DNA of 47,329 nt from Candidatus Woesebacteria bacterium (GTDB lineage: Bacteria > Patescibacteriota > Microgenomatia > UBA8517). The position numbers and the translations under genes are program-made. Location of the stretch: the NCBI GenBank assembly GCA_963784785.1, contig CAWASW010000015.1, positions 68,149 through 115,477 of the forward strand, in the 5' to 3' direction. A model generated the notes under the pieces. That model made no database searches. It had not been told where the DNA came from and saw only the letters and a program-made list of their open reading frames with translations. Below are positions 39,956-47,329 of this stretch, piece after piece. Position 1 is the stretch's first letter; every line of letters begins with the position of its first letter.

Positions 39956-40755
39956 TTTAATTTCATTATTCCTTCTTTTAAACTAACAAACTTTTTAGCA
40001 TCAATCCCTATTTCTTTTAATGTTGTCGTATCTGCAATACTCTTACGTGGTTCAACTCTCTTATCTAAAAACTCAATATTTAATTTTTTATCATACAGCT
40101 TAGAAATTAATTTCGCCAATTCTATTACACTTATTCCTTGACCTAACCCGATGCTAACAGTTTTACCATATAAATTTTTATCAACAATTTTTTCAACAGT
40201 TGAAACAACATCGTCGACGTAAACAAAGTCTCTAACTTGTTTACCATCTCCATAAATTTTAATTGGTAAATTATTATTTACAGCGCTTATAAAACTATGT
40301 ATCACATATCCATATGATGATTTCTGACCATTTCCATAAATATTTTCTGGACGAACAACAGTTATATTTATTTGATCTTTATATAAACTTAACATTTCTT
40401 CAGACATTTTTTTTGATAACCCATATGGAGTCAGTGGTCTTGCTTTTACTGCAGCTGAAGAAAAATGAATCATATTTTTTACGCCTGCTTTAATTGCAGT
40501 TCTAACAACTGTTAATGCACCCACACTATTATTAATAAAATATTCATTTGGTTTATCCCATGATTCTGGAGCAGATATAAATGCAGCTAAATTTATTACA
40601 GTCTCAACACCTTTCATTTTTGAATATAACTTTTCTTCGTCTAAGATATTCAAACCATTTACTAAGTCATATTTAACAATTGAATGTTTTTCAGAAAGCA
40701 ACTTAACTAAATGCTTACCTACAAAACCTGATGATCCCGTAATTAAAATTTTCAT
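39952..40755 (-). CDS. NAD-dependent sugar epimerase/dehydratase
   Basis: TGSSGFVG, SSAAV, YGLSK, GDGKQVRDF. Confidence 0.92.
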   Translation of the reverse strand: MKILITGSSGFVGKHLVKLLSEKHSIVKYDLVNGLNILDEEKLYSKMKGVETVINLAAFISAPESWDKPNEYFINNSVGALTVVRTAIKAGVKNMIHFSSAAVKARPLTPYGLSKKMSEEMLSLYKDQINITVVRPENIYGNGQKSSYGYVIHSFISAVNNNLPIKIYGDGKQVRDFVYVDDVVSTVEKIVDKNLYGKTVSIGLGQGISVIELAKLISKLYDKKLNIEFLDKRVEPRKSIADTTTLKEIGIDAKKFVSLKEGIMKLK

Positions 40756-40759
40756 AAGT

Positions 40760-41542
40760 TTAAATAGTTTTAATGATTATATTCCTAAATTTATTATGCA
40801 AAAGGTGCAAAAATAAAATTAATTTATTCTTTGTATATTTTTTAACTATTTTTTCATCTTCCATTAAAAGCTTTGCAGAATTAGTTGAGGTTTTGGTATC
40901 TTTTTCCATTCTGAAGTGAGTTAAGACTTTATTTATTATTACTGGCATTTGGTCTTTTCCAATTTTTAGCCACATATCATATTCCATGACTGAGAATTTA
41001 GTTCCAGTAAACATTCCATACTTTTTGATTGCTTTTTTAGTTATAAAAACTGAGGGCTGCATGAGGTAATTAACGACTAAAAGTATGAAGTATGAATTAT
41101 GAATTAACAAATGAGACTTATAGAGAGTTGCGAATTTGGCGATTTCGATGTCGTTTTCATCGATTACTATTCCCTTTCCTGCAAACCACATTGCATCTGG
41201 GTTTTCTGTGAAGTGTCCTGCGACTGACTCAAAGGCACCTGTTGTGTAGACGTCATCAGCATTAATAAAAGTTACAATCTCCCCTTTGGCTTTTTTAAGA
41301 CCCTTATTTATGGCATCTAGTTGGCCACCGTCTTTTTTAGATTCGTACTGCACGAATGATGAATATTTCTTGGCATATTGTTTAATAATTTCCAAAGTTC
41401 CATCTGTTGAGCCTCCATCTTGAATAATAACTTCATAACTCTTGTAACTTTGGCCAACTATGGAGTCCAAAGTCTTTTTGATATATTTAACTTTATTGTA
41501 TGAAGGGATAATAATGGAAATTAGGGGTTGGTGCTTAGACAT
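40760..41542 (-). CDS. GT2 glycosyltransferase (WcaE-like, possibly fucosyltransferase)
   Basis: DGGSTDGT, DAINKG, INADD, QPS.F. Confidence 0.9.
   Translation of the reverse strand: MSKHQPLISIIIPSYNKVKYIKKTLDSIVGQSYKSYEVIIQDGGSTDGTLEIIKQYAKKYSSFVQYESKKDGGQLDAINKGLKKAKGEIVTFINADDVYTTGAFESVAGHFTENPDAMWFAGKGIVIDENDIEIAKFATLYKSHLLIHNSYFILLVVNYLMQPSVFITKKAIKKYGMFTGTKFSVMEYDMWLKIGKDQMPVIINKVLTHFRMEKDTKTSTNSAKLLMEDEKIVKKYTKNKLILFLHLLHNKFRNIIIKTI
41081..41108. repeat. Heptamer array aagtatg aagtatg aattatg aattaac
   Basis: Four units; encodes LIHNSYFIL. Confidence 0.85.
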
Positions 41543-41543
41543 T

Positions 41544-42836
41544 TTAATTGTGTTCTAATATATACTTCCAAGCAGGAACAATAATAATATCAATATTTTG
41601 AACTGAAATGTTTTTATCCTGTTCCATATTAATAATAAATCCTTTTTTTAGGCCAAACTTTTGACAAGTTTTAATTAGCCCATTAACCTCTCTTTCGTAG
41701 GTATCAGAATCATCTAGATCATAACATACTTGAACTGCACTTTCGATTTCTTCGTTACTAAGTACTAAGAAATCACATTCACTACCATTTTGAGAATAAT
41801 TAATACTTTTTCCTGATTTTATGAACTCCAAAGCTATCAAATTTTCAAGAATCCTACCTTTATCATGCGCAAATTTATAGTCAATTGACATGCCCATCCC
41901 ATGATCAATGACATAGCTTTTCTTTCGAGAACCTTCAGACTTTACAACCGAGTGAGAAAATTTTGAGACTAATCTACACATATAGATGGCCTCAACATAA
42001 TCCTGATAAAGATACAGACTATCCTTTCCCACTTGATAGCCTTGAGATTTTAAATCGTTATAAATTTTATTTACACTAAATTCATAAGAACTATTTGCAA
42101 TCAATCTTTTACAAAAATATTTTAATGTAGATATTTGAGAAACTTTAAACCTGTCTACAAGATCCCTGAACAACATTGTATTAAAATATTCTTGATGAAC
42201 TTTGCTCCTCAAATGTTTGTTCATCTTAATAGTTTCAGGAAATCCACCCTGTTTCATAAATTTTGAAAAATAACTAGTTACCTTAGATTTATCTTTACTT
42301 TTATTTAGATTGAATTTTGGGAACATAACGTTTAAGTATTCACTAAAAGAGAGTGGATAAACCTCATAAGTTAAAGTGCGACCTCGAAGTGTAGTTGCAA
42401 TTTCCTTAGATAACAATTTAGAATTTGAACCGGTTATAAAAACATTTTGTGAAATTGAGGAATATAAACGAGATACAAATTTTTCCCAGCCTTCCACCTC
42501 TTGAACTTCGTCAAACAAAAAATAACAATCTGATAAATTTGTTTCCGGAAAAAGCTCCGCGTATGATTGTAGTATCAAATCTAAGTCCTTTGAAGACAAC
42601 GTAAAACGTTCATCCTCAAAATTTAAATACAATATTCTAGATGGATCAATCCCAATATTTTTTAAATTTTTTATAACTCCAAACAAGTGATATGTTTTTC
42701 CACTTCTACGCACACCAGACAGCGTAATTATTTTCTTACTATCTATAGGAATTTTTAAATTTCTATCCCATACATCTGGATATATCCTTGACTGATTATC
42801 TAAAATAATTGTTTTTATTAATTCTTTTGTTATCAT
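41544..42836 (-). CDS. AAA+ ATPase (AAA_14 + DUF4143, C-terminal PD-(D/E)xK-like)
   Basis: GVRRSGKT, FLFDEVQ, TGSNS, GG FP-type motif, EN, ECDF...QVC. Confidence 0.9.
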   Translation of the reverse strand: MITKELIKTIILDNQSRIYPDVWDRNLKIPIDSKKIITLSGVRRSGKTYHLFGVIKNLKNIGIDPSRILYLNFEDERFTLSSKDLDLILQSYAELFPETNLSDCYFLFDEVQEVEGWEKFVSRLYSSISQNVFITGSNSKLLSKEIATTLRGRTLTYEVYPLSFSEYLNVMFPKFNLNKSKDKSKVTSYFSKFMKQGGFPETIKMNKHLRSKVHQEYFNTMLFRDLVDRFKVSQISTLKYFCKRLIANSSYEFSVNKIYNDLKSQGYQVGKDSLYLYQDYVEAIYMCRLVSKFSHSVVKSEGSRKKSYVIDHGMGMSIDYKFAHDKGRILENLIALEFIKSGKSINYSQNGSECDFLVLSNEEIESAVQVCYDLDDSDTYEREVNGLIKTCQKFGLKKGFIINMEQDKNISVQNIDIIIVPAWKYILEHN

Positions 42837-42862
42837 TTAAATTAGCCTCATTTCTATTGAAG

Positions 42863-42915
42863 TTTCCTTCTAATAAGGAAATATTACTACTAAAGTTTCC
42901 TTCTGTCAAGGAAAC
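42863..42915 (-). promoter_or_regulatory. Sigma70 promoter TTGACA-N17-TAATAT with two TTTCCTT-N5-AAGGAAA operators
   Basis: -35 at 42904-42909, -10 at 42881-42886; palindromes at 42863-42881 and 42895-42915; GAGG RBS at 42846-42849. Confidence 0.8.
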
Positions 42916-43032
42916 ATTCTGACTGATATTTTGAAAATTTAGTATCTAGATGTTGGTTTGGAGTTACCAAAAAATATTACTATTTGGTAAGTGGCGATAT
43001 CGTTTAGTATTAAATTGTGCCTGCTAATTAAT

Positions 43033-43359
43033 TTATTTATCTTTTAGGGCTAATTTGCGGACTAAGTCCTCAATTCTTTTTTCAAGCCTACTAACTCTGA
43101 CATAACTACTCGCGACCATGATAAAAATTACTATAAATGCTCCACCAATTAGTAAATCTAGAAGTCTTGAAATGGCAAAACTGGCTGCATAGACTCTAAC
43201 AATTTCAGGAAAAATAACAATTAAAATAACCCCTAACCAAATAGTGATCCAACTTGAAATTTCCATGCCATTAAGTTGCCCTTTTTTATAATGCAAAAGA
43301 GCAAAATAAATCATAAACAGTGAAAATAATATTCCTGTAATTTGTAAACCTAAAATCAT
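43033..43359 (-). CDS. DUF2304 family small membrane protein
   Basis: Three TM segments, W....W, FP, C-terminal LVRKLAL; follows a DPM-like GT2. Confidence 0.85.
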   Translation of the reverse strand: MILGLQITGILFSLFMIYFALLHYKKGQLNGMEISSWITIWLGVILIVIFPEIVRVYAASFAISRLLDLLIGGAFIVIFIMVASSYVRVSRLEKRIEDLVRKLALKDK

Positions 43360-43361
43360 AA

Positions 43362-44029
43362 TTATATTTTAAACTTCCAAGCAATCAAATTTCCCAAGAC
43401 TCCAAAAGAATCCAAGATACTTACTCCTTTATAGCCATCATAGTATATCGTCGCTACTGGTATTTCACAATAACTTAGCGATTCTTTTTTAATCCTAACC
43501 ACCATTTCTGTTTCTACTCCATAACCTACTGACTCCCATTTGATTTTATTGTATGCAGATTTTGTAATTGCACGAAAACCTGATATTAAATCCGAAACGT
43601 ATATTCCATACATCAAACTTACTATAACTGACGCTACTTTATTACCAATATATCTAACAAAGGGAACACCTAAATTTAGATTTCTTGACCCAAAAACAAC
43701 ATCATATTTACCTTCAATCAATTTCTCTTCAAACTTTGGTAAATCTGAAACAAGATGTTGTCCGTCAGAATCCATTAAAATTACAGCATCAGCTCCATGG
43801 GAAAAAGCATATTCACAGCCAGTCTTAAGTGCCGCACCCTTTCCTAAATTTATCTTATGTTCTAGTAGCGTCATATTCTTAAATCTTGAATCTTTAATCT
43901 TAAATCTCGAGCGATCCGTCGACCCATCATCCACCACCACAATATCAATTTTGTTTTAGATAAATCTTTTAAAACTTGAAGAACTCGGTCCTCTTCATTG
44001 TGTACAGGGAGAACTATTGTTGTGTTCAT
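43362..44029 (-). CDS. GT2 DPM1-like glycosyltransferase, frameshifted near 43950
   Basis: MNTTIVLPVHNEE in one frame continues as IDIVVVDDGSTD...GKGAAL..DSDGQH in another; the break is in A-runs. Confidence 0.85.
43874..43908. repeat. Heptamer array tattctt aaatctt gaatctt taatctt aaatctc
   Basis: Five units; encodes RFKIKDSRFKN. Confidence 0.9.
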
Positions 44030-44058
44030 TGAAAATTGTAAATTGTAAATTAAAAATT
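44027..44058. repeat. Heptamer array catt gaaaatt gtaaatt gtaaatt aaaaatt spanning the fcl stop and GT2 start
   Basis: 44025-44058 matches 29793-29826 at 33 of 34 nt. Confidence 0.9.
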
Positions 44059-44981
44059 GGCTACGTACCATTCAATCGTTTCTTTTAGGCCTTTTTCAAA
44101 ACTGGTTTTTGACTCAAATCCAAATTCTTTTTTGGCACACTAACATCTAACTTCCTTCGTGGTTGGCCATCTGGTTTTGTTTTATCCCAAATAAGTTTTC
44201 CTTCATATTCGGTTAACTTTTTAATTAATTCTGCCAAGTCTTTGATAGAAATTTCAAACCCTGCTCCTAAATTTACTGGATCTGATTTGTCATATTTCTC
44301 ACAAGCCATTAATATTCCCTCTGCAGCATCTTTAACATACAAAAACTCTCTTGTTGCTTTACCACTGCCCCAGACAACAACTTCTTTAGCGTTACTATTC
44401 TTGGCCTCTACAAATTTCTTAATTAAAGCAGGGATAACATGTGATGATTCTGGATTAAAGTTATCTCCTGGGCCATAAAGATTCACTGGTAACAAATAGA
44501 TTGCGTTAAAACCATACTGATCTCGGTAACTCTGGGCTTGGACTAACTGCATCTTTTTAGCTAAACCATAAGGTGCATTTGTTTCCTCTGGATAACCATT
44601 CCATAGATTTTCTTCCTTAAATGGTACTGGAGTGAACTTTGGATAGGCGCAAATTGTTCCAAGAGCCATATATTTTTTAACTTTATTAATTCTTGCGGCT
44701 TTCATCATAAAAGTGGACATCAAAATATTTGCTTCATATAAATCTGCAGGAAATTCTCTGTTGTAACCGATTCCACCAACTTTGGCAGCCAAATGGATAA
44801 CAAGATCAATACCTTTTGAAGCTCTTAAACAATCTTCATAATTTGTTAGATCAAATATGTCTCTGTCGGCAATCCTAATTAGCTTTGGCTTGAACTGTTT
44901 TAAATTAGTCACTAAATGATTTCCCAAAAAACCTTTGCCTCCTGTTATTAAAACTTTTTTGTCTGACCAGTAATTATTCAT
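44050..44981 (-). CDS. fcl: GDP-L-fucose synthase, 1-nt frameshift near 44139
   Basis: GGKGFLG, LAAKVGGI, YGLAK, NLYGPGDNF..SHVIPAL, PDGQPR. The shifted frame gives the expected AKKEFGF...GLKETIEWY then TAA at 44050. Confidence 0.92.
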
Positions 44982-44988
44982 ATATTAT

Positions 44989-45780
44989 TTATGATACAAA
45001 ATAGCCTCTAAAAAACATCATTTCTGCAATTAATCCAATTATAACCATTACTAAATATATTCCAAGCCTTAAATATAAGTTTGTTTTTTCTAATCTAACA
45101 GCTAAGTAAATAAAGGCCGGAAAAAGTACAATTACGTATCTAGGCAATGACGAAAAACTTCCTGTCAAAGTTGGTATTAAATAACCCAATAAAATGTAAA
45201 TCCAGTAATCCCATCTGATTTTTTTAAAGTAAAAATAATAATTGCTAAAAATAGTAATGCTACACCAAGCTCTAACAACGTTGTAAATACAATTGGAGGA
45301 TAGCTCCAAGTAAGATTAGGTATTATTTTTACAAAGTATCTATAAAACACCTGAGGCAACGAAATAAGATGATCAGATCGATGCTCTCCCACATTTGTCT
45401 GTAAAGAATAAAAGGCCAAGGCATCGCCTTTTGCATACCAACAATAAGACATATAAGATAACAGCCCCAAAGCTGATAGACCAACTAAATATATTTTTTG
45501 TTTAAATATCTGAAAGATGTCTGTTTTCCTAGCCAAGACGTCAACAAAAATCATAACAATTATGAATGATCCATATAGTCGAGTCATTGTTAATAAAATT
45601 CCTACTAATCCAACAAGTAAATATTTATTTTTACGATATAGATAATATGTTAATAATGACAAAAACAAAAAAAGTGACTCAGTATAAACTGCTCCAAAAT
45701 AAAAAGATGTTGGAAAAACCAAAAGCAAAATAACTCCAATCTTTGCATTTTTTTCTGAAAAATCTAGTTTGATTATTCTC
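44989..45780 (-). CDS. PIG-V-like GT-C mannosyltransferase, 3' part; frameshift near 45225 and 5' end lost at the chimeric junction
   Basis: FPTSFYFGAVYTESLF, TRLYG, SLPRY, RGYFVS; paralog of 18351..19481. Confidence 0.82.
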
Positions 45781-47329
45781 CAACCGCGCTGGCCCATTTC
45801 CTTGCCCCCGCAGGCTGCGACATCCTGCAAGCCGATCCCGGCCCACGCCCCCGACATCCAAATGCTGGACACCAACGAGGCACCACCATGGGCAGGTGCG
45901 GGTGCGCATTACGCCATGCCCGCGGTGTTGGCGCAGGTGCAGACGCATAACACCACCCTGATCTTTCACAACACTCGGGCGCAGGCAGAGCTGTTCTTCC
46001 ACGCCCTCTGGCTGCAAAATTCGAACAATTTGCCGATCGGGATCCACCACGGCTGCCTGTCGCGCGAACAACGCGAACGGGTCGAGGCCGCGATGGTCGC
46101 GGGCTGCCTGCGCGCCATTGTCTGCACCGGCAGCCTTGATCTGGGCATCGACTGGGGCGATGTCGATCTGGTCATCCAAATCGGCGCACCGAAAAATGTC
46201 AAACGGCTGGTGCAGCGCATCGGCCGCGCCAACCACCGCTATAACGCGCCCTCCAAGGCGCTGCTGGTGCCCGCCAACCGGATGGAGGTGGTCGAATGTG
46301 TCGCCGCATTGGAGGCGGTGCAGGCCAATGCGCTTGACGGCGAACCCCGTGCCCCCGGCCCGCTTGATGTGCTCTGCCGACATATGCTCGCCACCGCCGC
46401 CGCAGGCCCGTTGACGCGGAGGAGCTATACCAAGAGGTCACAACCGCAGGCCCCTACGCCAGCCTCGCTCGCGCCGATTTCGATGCCTGCCTCGATTTCG
46501 CGGCCACGGGGGGCTATGCGCTGCGGGCCTATGACAAATGGCAACGCCTGATGCTGCGCGGGGGCAAATGGACCCTGCGCTGACCCGCCGCGCCGCCCCA
46601 ACGATCCGTCAAAACCTTGGCACTATCATCGACATCGAAACCCTGAAAGTTCGGCTGAAAAACCGCATGGGCGGCACCCCTCTGGGCGAGGTGGAGGAAG
46701 TGCTTTGCCGCCACCCTCACCACAGGCGATACCTTCCTGATCGGCGGCCAGATCGTGCGCTATGAAGGCATCAAGGAACTGACGGTCGAAGTCACGCGCA
46801 CCCCCGGCCGCGACCCCAAAGTGGCCGTGTTCAACGGCACGAAATTCGCGACTCCACCCTGCTCGCCGACCGCGTCCTGCGCATTTTCCAGCAAGACACC
46901 TGGCCCGACCTGCCGGCGCACACCGCGCAATGGCTCGCCCTGCAACGCGAAAGTCACTCGCCTGCCCGAACCGGGCCGCCTGCTGTGCGAAACCTTTCCC
47001 CATGATGGGCGTGAACATCTGTGCATCTACGGCTTTGCAGGCCGCAACGCGCAACAAACCCTCGGCCTTCTGGTCACCAAACGGATGGAGGAGGAAGGCC
47101 TTGCCTCCGCTCGGTTTTGTCGCCACCGATTACGCGACAATGATCTGGGGGCTAGAACCGGTCTTGACCCCGCAAAGCCTGCTCAACCCAGATTAACCTG
47201 CGCGACGGGCTGGAAAGCTGGCTTGGCCGGGCAATGCGGTGACGAAACGCACCTTCCGCAATGCCGCGACCATCGCCGGGTTGATCGAGCGGCAAAACCA
47301 AGGCCGCCGCAAATCAGAGCAATACGTTC
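45781..47329 (+). CDS. Internal fragment of Lhr-like ligase-associated DEXH-box helicase; high GC, multiply frameshifted
   Basis: TLIFHNTRAQAE, IHHG.L..EQRERVE, CTGSLDLGIDWGDVD, QRIGRANHR; later frames give NLGTII and LGEVEE. Confidence 0.85.

Noticed and set aside
2896-44058. CRISPR array or classic phase-variable SSRs as the explanation for the repeats
   Set aside because: No repeat-spacer structure or cas genes. Most arrays are degenerate and host frames are intact, unlike pure slippage tracts; the perfect 2896 array could still slip.
1613-44478. Short antisense or alternate-frame ORFs (e.g. 1613, 5837, 8095, 8653, 14525, 29192, 43540)
   Set aside because: Shadows of well-supported genes with no recognisable motifs.
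1-45780. Alternative genetic code 25 (TGA=Gly)
   Set aside because: TGA ends several genes in ATGA overlaps and ORFs are full length under code 11.
45177-45875. ORFs crossing 45780 (45177..45875, 45679..46383, 45769..46551) as fusion genes
   Set aside because: They read through the compositional junction; products of the probable chimera.

Overview
About 45.8 kb of AT-rich, tightly packed, mostly minus-strand cell-surface glycosylation locus. It holds a phosphoglycosyl transferase, manC, many GT4/GT2 and about 10 GT-C-fold membrane transferases, a Wzx flippase, a Wzy/ligase-like protein, an acetyltransferase, methyltransferases, an AsnB-type amidotransferase, an epimerase and fcl. Gene content and style suggest a CPR/Patescibacteria (Microgenomates-like) host with TGA as stop; this is inference. 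At about 45,780 the sequence switches abruptly to a high-GC, frameshifted Lhr-like DEXH helicase fragment, most likely an assembly or read chimera. Features not explained by the glycan genes: (1) 14 dispersed 7-nt-period tandem arrays, mostly embedded in frame in protein loops, two of which form inverted repeats around a four-helix-bundle (23S IVP/Avd-like) gene that heads a 23-kb co-directional gene run; (2) two putative nuclease genes (DUF3800, NYN), each met by a convergent structured small RNA candidate behind the same TTGACA-N8-TATAAT element; (3) a three-gene module with a caspase/gingipain-like protease and two small, possibly paralogous proteins; (4) a twin-operator promoter on an AAA+/DUF4143 gene; (5) a linker-less split GT4. 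All family calls come from motif recognition by eye; no searches were run.
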